From Planktothrix sp. GU0601_MAG3 (GTDB lineage: Bacteria > Cyanobacteriota > Cyanobacteriia > Cyanobacteriales > Microcoleaceae), in contig CP136572.1 of the NCBI GenBank assembly GCA_035193785.1, positions 4,148,578 through 4,212,577 on the forward strand: 64,000 nucleotides of DNA, written 5' to 3'. A program made the position numbers and the translations under genes. The stretch's first letter is position 1. Each line of letters begins with the position of its first letter. Shown piece after piece: positions 35,090 to 48,337 of this stretch. The notes beneath the pieces were generated by a model. The model saw only the letters and a list, made by a program, of their open reading frames with translations. It did no database searches and was not told where the DNA came from.

Positions 35090-36070
35090 TCAAGAATACA
35101 GACTAGCAACATATTCACCATAACCGTTATAGGGTAAAGTTGGCTGTTTTTCCCAAGAGAAACTAGGCTTACTGCTGACAATTCTTTCCGTAGCTTGTGA
35201 CCAACGGGGATGGGGTTTATTGGGGTTAACATTCGCCTCAAAACCATATTCATCCGGGCCCAAAGTATTCCAAAAAGTCGCGGGTTTTTGATTTAAAAAT
35301 TCAATTTTAACAATGGATTTTGCCCCTTTGAATCCATATTTCCAAGGGAGCACCATCCGTAAAGGAGCACCATTTTGTTTCGGGAGGGTTTTCCCATACA
35401 TTCCTACGGCAAAAAAGGCTAAATCATTTGCCATTTCCTCAATCCTTAATCCTTCGGTATAGGGCCAAGGATAACCATTAGCCCAAAATCCTGGCCCGGT
35501 GGTAATTTTAGGATCATAAAAAGAGGTAAACCGGACAAATTTAGCCTCGGAATTAGGCTCAACCGCCGCCATTAACGCCCGCATGGGAAATCCCAACCAA
35601 GGTACAACCATCGCCCAGGCTTCAACACAACGAAACCGATAAATTCGTTCTTCTAATGGGAATTTTTTCTGAAGATCTTCTAAAGTATATGTGGTCGGAT
35701 TTTTAACTAATCCTGAAACCTCAACTTTCCAATCTTCTAAGGGTAAGGCTTGGGCGGCTTGCCAAATAGACTTGGTTCCGCCATACTCATAAAAATTATT
35801 ATATTTTGTGGCTAAATCTTCCGCCGTAACGGGACGATTAACTGTGGCAAAATTAGGATTTTTGGTAAAATCAGAAATCTCTTGGACTAAATTATTGCCG
35901 AGGTTTTCGGTTTTTGAGGTAGACTTACATCCAGTTAACGATAGCACCGATGCGGTTAATCCTGCCCCAATTAAACTTTTCATAAACCGACGACGATTCA
36001 TAAAAACAGACTCTGGTGTAATCTGATTTTCCGAAATTTCCCAGGAGGGAACAATACGAATTAAAGCCAT
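35090..36070 (-). CDS. msrP: Protein-methionine-sulfoxide reductase catalytic subunit
   Basis: Tat RRRF, YNNFYEYG, RFRCVEAW, QNGAPLR, PWKYGFK. Confidence 0.93.
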   Translation of the reverse strand: MALIRIVPSWEISENQITPESVFMNRRRFMKSLIGAGLTASVLSLTGCKSTSKTENLGNNLVQEISDFTKNPNFATVNRPVTAEDLATKYNNFYEYGGTKSIWQAAQALPLEDWKVEVSGLVKNPTTYTLEDLQKKFPLEERIYRFRCVEAWAMVVPWLGFPMRALMAAVEPNSEAKFVRFTSFYDPKITTGPGFWANGYPWPYTEGLRIEEMANDLAFFAVGMYGKTLPKQNGAPLRMVLPWKYGFKGAKSIVKIEFLNQKPATFWNTLGPDEYGFEANVNPNKPHPRWSQATERIVSSKPSFSWEKQPTLPYNGYGEYVASLYS

Positions 36071-36202
36071 AGGTTAAAAATAATAGAAGAATGGGCAATG
36101 GGCAATGGGCAATATATAAGATAATAGGCGATCGCCTTGCCTGAATTAACCTAAAGTTTCAGAAAGACTTATCATAGAAAAATATACTAAAAAATTCTGG
36201 TT

Positions 36203-38177
36203 ATGAGTTACTGCATCAACCCCCAATGTCAGAACCCCCAGAAACCCGACTCACGCCATTTCCTGTCAGAGTTGTGGATCAGAACTGCGCCTCAAAAACC
36301 GCTATAGTATGATCCGAGTTTTGGGCCAAAACCATTGTAACCGAACATTTTTGGCAATTGATGAAGATAAACCCGCCAAACCGCGCTGTGTAATTAAACA
36401 ATCTCTTGATTCTACCCTATCTACTCCCGAAGCCCGGGTAGAATTTCGTCTGTATACCCAAACCCTAGACCAGATTAGTCAGCATCCAGCCCTTCCTGAA
36501 TTATTAGCCTGCTTTGAAGAAAATAGCTATAGTTATCTCGTACAAGATTATATCCCCGGACGCAATTTAGCCGAAGAAGTCGAACAAGAGGGTGTGTTTT
36601 CAGAATTGCAAATTTGGGATTTATTGAGTGCAATTCTACCGATTCTGGAATCCATTCACCATAAAAATAGAGTCCATGGGGATATTAAACCGGAAAATAT
36701 TATTCGTCGCCCCGTTTTTCATCCGAATTCTCCGATCAAAAAACAACTGGTTTTAGTTGATTTTGCGGGAGTAAACCCCCTACAAGGTGCAGCCGAATAT
36801 GTTTCCCCCGAACAACTCCAAGGAGAAATTAGTCCTAAAAATGATCTCTATAGTTTAGGAGTGACTTGTTTGTATCTGCTAACTCAAATGAGCCCCTTTG
36901 ATTTATGGAATATTAAAACCAATTCTTGGGTCTGGAAGGATTATCTAAAAACTCCCATTAGTCATCGCCTAACCCGAATTTTGAATCGATTAATTGAACG
37001 TGACCCGGCTCAACGCTATACTTCGGTGGTCGAGGTGATCCAAGATTTAAAATCCGGGCCAATACCAGTTAAACTCCCCCGGGTCAGTCAACATTCATGG
37101 ACATTAACCGCTTTGGGGGGTGCAGCTTTGGCAATGTTATCCCTATTCCTGAGTTCAAGAATTCCTCAATCGAACTTTGAAACCAAAGAACCCGTAGAAC
37201 CCATTTATCAGATTCCTGAGATTTCGATTTCCCCCCCGGAAACTTTTACCCCCATTCTCCCCCAACCCAACCCAGCGATGCGGACGTTAGTACAGAATAT
37301 TGGCCCCGTGTGGTCGGTAGCCGTCAGTCCCGATGGTCAATTTGTGGTCTATGGGAATACCGATGGGTCAATTCAGATTATTGATGCCGAAACTGGTGGA
37401 TTAATTAACACGCTGTTGGGACATTCCCAACCCGTGGGAACCTTAGCTATCAGTGGCGATGGTCGGACTTTAGTGAGTGGAAGCGGTGATAAAACAATTT
37501 TAGTTTGGGATTTGTGGACTGGCCGCCAGAAAAAAATGCTCTACGGTCATCAAGGATGGGTCTATGCCGTTGCCATCAGTCCCGATGGCCAGCAGGTAGC
37601 CAGTGCTGGGCGTGACCAAACCATTCGACTATGGGATATATCCACCGGAAAAACCCTAAGAACCTTATCCGGGTATGGGACAGAGGTGCAGTCCCTGGCT
37701 TTTAGTCAGGATCATCAAACCTTAGTTAGTGGCGGAAGTAACGGGATTGTGGATCTTTGGAACTGGCACACGGGACAGTTATTGCGGACATTTCAAGGCC
37801 ATGCTGAGGCAATTTGGTCGGTGGCGATCAGTCCCGACGGTCAAACTTTGGCCACGGGTAGTTGGGATCATTCGATTAAGTTATGGGATTTAAAAGAATT
37901 AGAGTCTCAATATTTTAGTAATACCCCGGCGCAAATTCTTCTGGGTCATGGGGATAAGGTGCAGTCCGTCGCCTTTAGTCCCGATGGTCAAACCCTTGCT
38001 AGTGGGGATTTTGCGGGGACAGTAAAACTCTGGCAAGTAGATAATGGAGAATTATTTGGGACATTTAAAGGACATAAATCTTGGGTAAATGTGGCATTTA
38101 ATCCCCACAATCATACTTTAGTGAGTGGGAGTTTTGACGATACCTTAAAGGTTTGGCAATTGTTACCCAGCTATTAG
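36203..38177 (+). CDS. Ser/Thr protein kinase with N-terminal Cys4 motif, TM helix and WD40 repeats (frameshift ~36243)
   Basis: MSYCINPQC, HGDIKPEN, seven WD40-type repeats. Confidence 0.88.
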
Positions 38178-38349
38178 GACAGGAAACAGCTTTGAAAACC
38201 TGCCCAAATAATGCTGGGGATTTCCCTGTTCCCTGTTTCCGGTGTTCCCTCTTCCCTCTTACCCACAAATATTTCTTGAGAACCGACCCCCACAGTCAAC
38301 CGTCCACCTCCAACACCTCCGGTCGGAATTTTTGACTGGGTTTCCTTTG

Positions 38350-38374
38350 AATGTAACAAGATGTAACGTATAAT
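38350..38374. promoter_or_regulatory. HLR1-like (RpaB) direct repeat abutting a TATAAT -10 upstream of pds
   Basis: Minus strand GTTACATC-TT-GTTACATT; TATAAT at 38369-38374. Confidence 0.5.
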
Positions 38375-38409
38375 CAGAAAAAACATTAAGAAAACATTCA
38401 CAAGGGTAA

Positions 38410-39850
<1,441 letters not shown>

Positions 39851-39880
39851 CTTATCCACTGTCGGTCAGCAGAACAACGA

Positions 39881-40808
39881 ATGCTACAACTTTCTAAAAC
39901 TCCGTGCATGAGAACTCTGGCATCTTTGGAAGACTCCTATGAACTCTGCCGTCAGGTTACTGCGGAGTATGCCAAAACGTTTTATTTAGGAACTCAATTG
40001 ATGCCAGAGGCCAAGCGTCGGGCCATCTGGGCGATCTATGTTTGGTGTCGTCGGACTGACGAATTAGTCGATGGGCCCATGGCAGCGACGACGACGGAGG
40101 AAACCTTAGATCGTTGGGAAGAACACCTAGAGACGGTGTTTGCCGGACATCCAAGGGATGATGTGGATGTGGCTTTGGTGGATACTCTCCACCGTTTCCC
40201 ATTGGATATTCAACCCTTTAGAGATATGATTGCGGGTCAACGGATGGATTTATACCGCAACCGCTATCAGACATTTCAGGAGTTGGAACTCTATTGTTAT
40301 CGGGTGGCGGGGACGGTGGGCTTAATGTCAACGGCGGTGATGGGTATAGAACCCCCTCTGGCGACGCCTTGGAATCCCAACCCGGAAATTATAATTCCGA
40401 ATCAAGAAGCGATCGCTTTAGGAATTGCCAATCAACTTACCAATATTCTGCGGGATGTGGGGGAAGATGCCCGACGGGGCCGAATTTATTTACCCCTGGA
40501 TGATTTAGCCTTATTTAATTATACAGAAGCGGATTTATTCAAGGGAATTGTGGATGAGCGTTGGCGAGGATTAATGCGCTTTGAAATTCAGAGGGCGCGA
40601 AAATTCTATGTGGAAGCGGAAACGGGGAATTAGTGTTTTAAGTGAAGATATTCGCTGGCCCGTTTGGTCTGCATTAGTGCTATATCGACAAATTTTAGAT
40701 GCGATTGAACGCAATGAATATGATGTTTTTAGCAAGCGGGCCTATGTTCCCAAATGGCGAAAAATGATCTCACTACCTATTGCTTTATTAAGGGCTAAGG
40801 TTTTATAA
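39881..40808 (+). CDS. crtB: Phytoene synthase (frameshift ~40621)
   Basis: [39 protein letters not shown]. Confidence 0.96.
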
Positions 40809-41003
40809 ATTGCTTTTTACTGCCTAGGTTTGATCCCGGAATGAATCGGGATTATGAAGATTAGACATCCTCCTTCTAGTACAGGGGGATATTAAAGTGT
40901 AGAATTATTGTGATTTTGGGTGCGTTACGCTGACACACCCGATGGTTTTGTACTCTGAAAACTGCAACAAAGGCTGTCTGTTCCCTTCAAAAACCAATCT
41001 AAG

Positions 41004-41060
41004 TATAGCAAGAGGCAATAGGGAATAGGGAATAGGCAATGGGTAATAGGTAAATACTTA
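41004..41060. repeat. Left part of a TATAGCA STRR-containing element
   Basis: Homologous to the 5' part of 42253-42442. Confidence 0.7.
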
Positions 41061-41062
41061 CA

Positions 41063-42239
41063 ATGAAAACTATTTCTGAAATTAACGACAAAATTGTTCA
41101 AAATCGTGCAGTTGTTTGGACAGTAGAAGAACTCAAAGCCCGAGTTACCCCAGACAATATCGCCCAAATTGCTGAACAGGTTGATGTGATCACCACGGGA
41201 ACTTTTGAACCAATGGAGGGCTCCGGGGCTGTGATTAACTTAGGTCATACCGATCCCCCAATTAATATTAAAACCTGTTGGTTAGATGGGGTTCCAGCCT
41301 ATAGTGGCTTTGGGGCGGTAGATTTGTATTTGGGGGCGGCACAAATGATCGAGGAAGCGGAGGAACTTCGAGAACGGGGCGGGGGCCATGTGATTGAAGA
41401 TTTAATTGCGGGAAAATCGATTCATCTGAAAGCCTCTGGGGTGGTTTCTGACTGTTATCCTCGGAACTCCTTTGAAACCACCATTACCCGAGATACGATT
41501 AACCAATTTTATTTATTTAATCCCCGCAATCTCTATCAAAATTTTATTGTTGGGGTGAATGGAGGCGATCGCCCGCTCTATACTTATCTTGGCCCCCTAC
41601 AACCCTATCTAGGAAATGCAGTTTATTCTAATCCTGGCGCCTTAAACCCCCTGCTCAATGATCCTGATTTACAACTAATTGGCATTGGAACTAAAATTTT
41701 TATCGGAGGAGGAATTGGCTATATTACTTGGGAAGGAAACCCAACATTTTCCCCTGCAAAAACGCTTAGAAAATCGGACTCCCATCGGCCCATCGGCGAC
41801 CTTAGCTTTAATTGGAGATGCGAAACAAATGAATCCCTATTGGGTGCGGGGTTGTTATTTCAAAAATTACGGCCCTTCATTAATGTTAGGGGTGGGAATT
41901 CCCTTACCAGTTTTGAATCAAGAGGTGATTGTTCGTTGTGCCGTTTCCGATCAAGATATTGTGGCACCTGTGATTGATTTTGCCATTCCTCGGCGGGTGC
42001 GTCCTACCTTTGGTTTAGTGACTTATAGCCAACTGAAAAAAGGCAGAATTGACCTAGAAGGCAAAACCATCAAAACCGCCCCCCTAGCCAGTATTTCCCG
42101 TTCCCGTGAAGTTGCCCAAGAGTTAAAAAAATGGATTGAATCCGGCGATTTCACCCTAACAGAACCCGTGGCTCCCATCTCTCAAGATAGATCTTTTATT
42201 CCACAAAACGTCTGGGGTTCTCAAATTATTTTAGAGTAA
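41063..42239 (+). CDS. DUF39 / homocysteine-biosynthesis (L-aspartate semialdehyde sulfurtransferase-like) protein (frameshift ~41738)
   Basis: VDVITTGTFEPM, GGGHVIEDL, NPRNLYQN. Confidence 0.85.
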
Positions 42240-42252
42240 AACTAATAACTAA

Positions 42253-42442
42253 TATAGCAAGAGGTAATAGGTAATGGGTAATGGGTAATGGGTAATGGGT
42301 AATGGGTAATGGGTAATGGGTAATGGGTAATGGGTAATGGGTAATAAGGTAATAGGTAATAGGTAATAGGTAATGGGTAAATACTTACTATGAGTAGCTT
42401 TTAGCTTTCAAGAATGTCCTAATAGATGCGACAACTGCTATA
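42253..42442. mobile_element. MITE-like TATAGCA...TGCTATA element containing a (GGTAATG/GGTAATA)n array
   Basis: TIRs plus ~15 heptamer units. Confidence 0.7.
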
Positions 42443-42456
42443 ACTAAACACCGAAA

Positions 42457-42504
42457 ACTAACAACTAACAACTGATAACTGATAACTGATAACTGATGAC
42501 TGAT
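42457..42504. repeat. STRR array (ACTAACA/ACTGATA)
   Basis: Directly visible. Confidence 0.85.
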
Positions 42505-42505
42505 T

Positions 42506-43574
42506 TTAGCTTTCTTCCGAGGAAGATTTGCGTTTTAACGGTTTAGGAACCGGTTCTCGACGCACAGGGGGCGGAGCATCATCCGATGGGAATTTGGGTT
42601 TATGGGGAGGATTAGATCCAGCGTTAAACTGACCTTGACCGGATGGTCTTCTGGGGCCACCTTTTTGGAACGGAGGTCTGCGTTTTTTAGTCGGAATCAT
42701 GCCGATATCATGGCTTTCTTGGATGACTAAATAATCTTCTCGCAACTGAACGTGTAAATCCCAGAAATGGCCAACGGCTCTCATCCCAGCAATCCCTAGG
42801 AGTTTCAGCTTAAAAAACTTAGGTTTGTCATTATCTTTGCGGGGAGCTTGGCGAATTTTAACAATCACATACTTTTCAACATCTTGGGATTGATAAACCA
42901 CCTCACCCCGAATGGAAAAATAGCCCGGATGAACACTCGCTACAGCGCTTGTTTTATCCTCTGATGCTGCTAATTGAGTTTCAGAAGTAACGGCGGTGGA
43001 ATCCTCGGTAGAATCCTCGATTCTCAGAGTTTGGGGTTCCCAAACCCCCATAATTTGAACGTGAAGATTATCTTCTTCTTGGCGGGTACGGGGATAAACC
43101 ACCCAAATATGATCTTGATCTAAGTCAATATGTTTTTTCACTAAACTCATGACCCGACCCAATAACACGGCGTCCAGCAATTTCCCTTCACTGGTAAGTA
43201 AAGTTCCCTGGGTAAACTGATCCGCAGAAGCAATATATCGGCCATGAAACTAATCCAATGGCTCGATATTGACGGGCTTCGCTGGGAGGCGGAATCGGAC
43301 AATGCCAGAGTCGCTCGAAGGAGTCGATAGTATCTGGCTCTAATTCTGCGGTTTCATCGATTTGATCCGGTTCAGACGTGCCAAGGCTCGTCTGAGGGGG
43401 TTCTTCCGGCGTTTCTGGCGTTTCTGTCGTTTCTGTCGTCTCCACAATTACACTTTCACTTTCGTTCGGTGTATCAATGGGGACATCTTGGGACATATTC
43501 ACGGCGGGCTCACTAGCTGGAGTTGAGCTTGAAGAACGTTTGGATCGAGAGGAACGATTCGGAGAAGGACTCAT
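42506..43574 (-). CDS. Cyanobacterial hypothetical protein (frameshift ~43248)
   Basis: PIPPPSEARQYRAIGLV, WVVYPRT, YFSIRGEVV. Confidence 0.75.
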
Positions 43575-43665
43575 AACACCTCTTAGCGGAGATATATCCC
43601 TTATGGGAGCAAGGACACGGCGAGCAAAAACCCTTTTTCTTTAAAAATCGATCTGGGGCTTTATA

Positions 43666-45003
43666 GTGAACTACCTACACCGCCCTAATCAGGTCGGTGC
43701 AGGCTTCTGATTTCACAGACCGATGCCCCTTACTTGAAAAGTAGGTGGTCTTACACAGCCTCCATCAGCAAAAACGGGGTTCCCTCCGCCTTTAGTTAAT
43801 ATTCTTACACCTTCGTTCCTGATATTCAGTGCAGCGTTTTCATCGCGGTCATGGTGAGTTTGACAACTTGGACAATCCCACTCCCTGACATCGAGAGATA
43901 ACTCATCCAGTATATGACCGCAACAGGAACAAGTTTTGGAACTGGGAAAAAAGCGATCAATTTCTACAAGTTCGCCATTTTTTTGTTTCAACTTATAATC
44001 AATAAAGTTGACGAATTTTCCCCAACCCACATCAGATATTGATTTGGATAACTTTCGGTTCTTAACCATCCCTTTGACGTTGAGGTTTTCAACGACAATT
44101 ACTTGGCTTTCGTTTACCAATTTTCTTGATAATTTATGCAAGAAATCTTGGCGGGAATTGGCTATTTTCTCATGAACCTTAGCTACATTTTTTCTGAATT
44201 TCTCTCTCGATTTACTTCCTTTAGTTTTTCGAGAGAGTTTTTTCTGTTTTCGAGCAAGATTTTTTTGGTGACGCTTTAAGTGTTTTGGATTAGCATATTT
44301 AGTAACATTTTCTCCATTGTGAACAATTGCAAAATCTTTTAAACCGAGATCAATTCCAATAATTTTATCTCCTGATTCCTTGACTTCACTTGGCTCTACT
44401 TCACATAAGATAGAAGCAAAGTATTTATTGCTTGAAGTCTGGGAAATTGTCACTGTTTTGATTTTTCCTGTAATCTCTCGGTGAAATATCGCTTTGATTT
44501 CACCAATCTTAGGGACTTTTAGGTATTCACTATTAACAGTAACATTCTGAGGATACTGAATTGATTGCTTGTGATGTTTAGATTTGAATTTAGGAAATTT
44601 AGCTCGTCCCTCAAAGAAGTTTTTGTAGGCTCTATCTAAGTTAATGGCTACACACTGGAGAACTGATGAGTAGCAATCCTCTTTGAGCCAAGGATATTCT
44701 TTTTTGAGTTGAGGTAACATCCCTTTATAGGATTCTAATTTTAGGCTTTTGCCAGTTTCTTGATAGTACCCAATACAGGCGTTTAAGGCAAAATTCCAAT
44801 ACCACCTCGCACAGCCCAACGATTTAGCCAATGCCAATTCCTGTTCTGGTGTTGGATAGAGTCTAACCTTTGTAGCCTTGAGCACTTTAAATCACCTCCT
44901 TTTTTTAATGATAACCAATTATTGAACATTCTAGCCCCTGACCGCAATTCATCCCACGCTGCCCTAACGGTTCAGGCGTGGGGCTTCGGCGCGATGAAGC
45001 TAA
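43666..45003 (-). mobile_element. Non-autonomous IS200/IS605-family element (tnpB only) with subterminal hairpins
   Basis: Related hairpins at 43674-43708 and 44952-44987; right end ...GTAGTTCAC; no tnpA; left boundary approximate. Confidence 0.85.
43713..44885 (-). CDS. tnpB: RNA-guided endonuclease TnpB
   Basis: HTH_OrfB N-terminus; RuvC GIDLG / VVENL / DRDENAA; zinc ribbon CSCC...CPSC. Confidence 0.95.
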   Translation of the reverse strand: MLKATKVRLYPTPEQELALAKSLGCARWYWNFALNACIGYYQETGKSLKLESYKGMLPQLKKEYPWLKEDCYSSVLQCVAINLDRAYKNFFEGRAKFPKFKSKHHKQSIQYPQNVTVNSEYLKVPKIGEIKAIFHREITGKIKTVTISQTSSNKYFASILCEVEPSEVKESGDKIIGIDLGLKDFAIVHNGENVTKYANPKHLKRHQKNLARKQKKLSRKTKGSKSREKFRKNVAKVHEKIANSRQDFLHKLSRKLVNESQVIVVENLNVKGMVKNRKLSKSISDVGWGKFVNFIDYKLKQKNGELVEIDRFFPSSKTCSCCGHILDELSLDVREWDCPSCQTHHDRDENAALNIRNEGVRILTKGGGNPVFADGGCVRPPTFQVRGIGL

Positions 45004-45219
45004 ACTTAAGTCAAGGATCAACACTATCAGGACATTTCAACATTTGCACCCCCGCTTGAGCAGGAGGCAGCCGTTGTGACCAAAATTGATACGGGTTGAC
45101 TTGCTCATTGTACTGAATCCCCATGCGGATTGGATAAACCCAGGACTTTGTACATGAACTGTTTCTGTTAACATATTAGCTGCAAGGAAGTTGGCCTAAT
45201 AGGTACAGGATTGAGTTTC

Positions 45220-46132
45220 ATGGTAGATAAACGTCGTGGGTTCATTGGTGTAGTTTTGGTTTTAGCGGTGATTGCCTTTGTGGGATTTTCTATGGGGCCA
45301 CTGATTGGTGGGATTGTCCAGAACAATCAGTCGAAACAAGAACCGACTCCGAGTCCCACACAATCGGCTCAAACGGGTAAACAATCGGATTTACAAGCAC
45401 AGGCCCGGGGTTATGAGTTAGTATTGCAGCGAGAAACCCGATAACGAAACGGCCTTGAAGGGTTTATTACAAGCGCGGTTAGAACTGATTCGGTTTAAGC
45501 AAGCCGAAATGAAGGATGTGATTGAACCTTTGGAGAAATTGGCAAAAAAACATCCTGAAGATACACGCTACAGCATTTTATTGGCACAGGCAAAAGCCTA
45601 TACCGGAGATCAAGAAGGAGCCGCTCAAACCTATCGCGCGGTTTTAGCCAGTCAACCTGGAGATATTCAAGCATTACAGGGTTTAGCAAATTTATTCTTA
45701 CAACAAAAACGTCCAGAAGCGGCGATTGGATTATTACAAGATACTCTCAAAGCGGCGGCGAGTGCGAATCAAACTGTACCCAATACGATTGATGAAATGT
45801 CGGTGCAGTTAATTTTGGGACAGGTTTATGCTGAAGATAAACGCTATGATGAGGCGATCGCTATTTATGATGAAGCGATCAAAAATGATGAGAAAGATTT
45901 TCGTCCAGTTTTCGCCAAAGCTCTAGTTTTAAAAGAACAGGGAAATTCTGGGGAAGCCGAACCTTTATTCGCTAAAGCGGTGGATTTAGCCCCAGCAGTT
46001 TATAAAGATCAAATTCAAAAACAAGCGGGTAGTAGTATATCCCCAGCCAAGTCGGTTGAACCGGTGTCTCCTAATAATAATTCAGAAACCAAACCGGAAG
46101 CCAATTCCGCACCGAAAACATCGGCTGAGTAA
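45220..46132 (+). CDS. Membrane-anchored TPR protein (frameshift ~45435)
   Basis: N-terminal TM; TPR-like helices (LGQVYAEDKRYDEAIAIY). Confidence 0.82.
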
Positions 46133-46212
46133 ACCGATGGCTTTCTCCTCCAAAATCTAGTGATAATTCCCTAGAATAGAGTTAGGGGAATATTAATTTT
46201 TTTGATCTAATC

Positions 46213-46563
46213 ATGAACTTGAAACGTCTGGGCCATATTGCTATTTGTGTGAATGACATCGACTCATCCGCAGCTTTTTATCAAAACTTAGGGATGGATT
46301 TAGTTTGGAAGGATGGAGACTGGGCCTATTTAAAAGCGGGTGAGGATGGATTAGCTTTACTGAGTCCGGGTTATGACCAGGCTGGCCCTCACTTTGGTTT
46401 TGTATTTAGCGATCGCACTGAAATGGAAAGTGCCTACCACAGCTTAAAAGCCCAAGGGATTCCCGTCACCGCGATTCATGAACATCGAGATGGTACGGCC
46501 TCCTTTTATGGGCGAGATCCTGACGGAAATGGCTTTGAATACCTGTATGAACCCATTAACTGA
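46213..46563 (+). CDS. VOC/glyoxalase family protein
   Basis: LGHIAICV, HFGF, FYGRDPDGNGFE. Confidence 0.88.
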   Translation: MNLKRLGHIAICVNDIDSSAAFYQNLGMDLVWKDGDWAYLKAGEDGLALLSPGYDQAGPHFGFVFSDRTEMESAYHSLKAQGIPVTAIHEHRDGTASFYGRDPDGNGFEYLYEPIN

Positions 46564-46588
46564 GTTAAGAACATTTTAACCAAAAACT

Positions 46589-47843
46589 ATGTTTCAAAGA
46601 ATTCGATGGGGAAGTCGCCGGAGTTCAATGTTTTATGCCTGGGCTGAGGTGGATTTGTGGCTGATGGGGGCCTGTCTTCTGCTCACCGTATTTGGCGGTG
46701 TCATGATCCGCAGTGTGGAATTACAGCAAGGTTTAACCGACTGGTGGCAACATTGGGTGACGGGGGCGATTGGTTTAATTTTGGCTGTGATTTTTTCCCG
46801 TTGTCGTTATGAACGTCTAACTCAGTGGAAATGGGTGATTTATGGAATCACAAATTTATCGTTAATTGCGGTACAAATTATTGGGACAACGGCATTAGGG
46901 GCGCAACGATGGATTAATATTGGGGGTTTTCATGTCCAACCCTCGGAGTTTGCTAAGGTCGGAATTATTATTACCCTGGCGGCCTTACTTCAAGAGTTAA
47001 AAACCCCCAATTTGAGGAATATGATCCGGATTTTAGCGATCGCTGCTGTTCCTTGGGGGCTGGTTTTTATTGAAACCTAACTTGGGAACTTCTTTAGTGT
47101 TTGGTGCGATTACTTTAGGGATGATGTATTGGGGTAATATTCATCCGGGCTGGTTAATTTTGCTGCTTTCTCCGGTGATCGCGGCCATTGTTTTTAATGT
47201 CTATCTTCCGGCGGGAATTATCTGGGCTGTATTAATGGGTTTTGTTGGTTGGTGGAGTCTCCCTTGGCGATGGCTCACTGGCCCTTTAGCGCTATTAATG
47301 AATTTGGGAGCCGGGGAGTTAAGCCATATCCTCTGGAATGTCTTGCAAGACTATCAAAAAATGCGACTCATTGGGTTTTTGAATCCCGAGCAAGATCCTT
47401 TAGGAAGTGGTTATCATTTGATTCAGTCTCGAATTGCAATTGGTGCGGGACAATTATATGGACGGGGACTCAATCATGGGACTCAAACTCAATTAAATTT
47501 TATTCCTGAACAACATACGGATTTTATCTTTTCCGCCGTCGGTGAGGAGTTGGGCTTGATCGGTTGCATTGCGGTATTAGCGGTGTTTTGGTTTATCTGT
47601 TTACGCTTAGTAATTATTGCCCAAACTGCTAAAGACTCTTTTGGTTCTTTAATTGCCATTGGAGTCCTGTGTATGCTACTGTTCCAGGTATTTGTTAACA
47701 TTGGGATGAATATTGGTATCGCACCTGTTACCGGAATTCCTTTGCCTTTCTTGAGTTATGGTCGATCTTCATTACTGAGTAATTGGATAGCCATTGGAAT
47801 TGTACAATCGGTGGCTAATTACCGACAACGAATTAAGTTTTAA
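46589..47843 (+). CDS. rodA: Rod shape-determining protein RodA (frameshift ~47074)
   Basis: GAQRWI, QPSEFAK, IPEQHTDFIFS, PVTGIPLPFLSYG. Confidence 0.95.
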
Positions 47844-47926
47844 GCAATTTCACCTTGAATACCTGGGGGAATCATTGTTTTAATTTAACACTTTTTTGTT
47901 CTTCAAAAACCCTTTTTTCTAAATCT

Positions 47927-48337
47927 ATGGGAAAACTATTACAAGTTTGTTTGCCAGTGTTGATAATTGCTAACTTTACGGTTTTTTTATCTCCGAGTTC
48001 AGCCACACCTGAAATATTGATTGCCCAAACCGTTAAGTGTAAGCCCGATGGCAATACTTTAGAAATGCGAAAATGTGCCTCTGATCAATATCAAATCGCG
48101 GATCAAAAGCTGAATCAAACTTACAAAAAACTCATGGCTCAATTATCCCCAGAACGAAAAAAACGCTTAATTGAAGCGCAAAGGGCTTGGATTTCCTTCC
48201 GAGACAAAACCTGTAGTTTTGAGTCAAGTCAAGTGTTGGGAGGTACAGCCGAACCTTTATTTTTGACCCAATGTTTAGCAAAAGTGACTCAGCAAAGGGT
48301 TCAAGATTTGCAAAACTATTTAGCTGAAATTAAGTAA
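47927..48337 (+). CDS. LprI/DUF1311 lysozyme-inhibitor-like exported protein
   Basis: C...C pattern; LNQTY; AQRAWISFRDKTC. Confidence 0.85.
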   Translation: MGKLLQVCLPVLIIANFTVFLSPSSATPEILIAQTVKCKPDGNTLEMRKCASDQYQIADQKLNQTYKKLMAQLSPERKKRLIEAQRAWISFRDKTCSFESSQVLGGTAEPLFLTQCLAKVTQQRVQDLQNYLAEIK

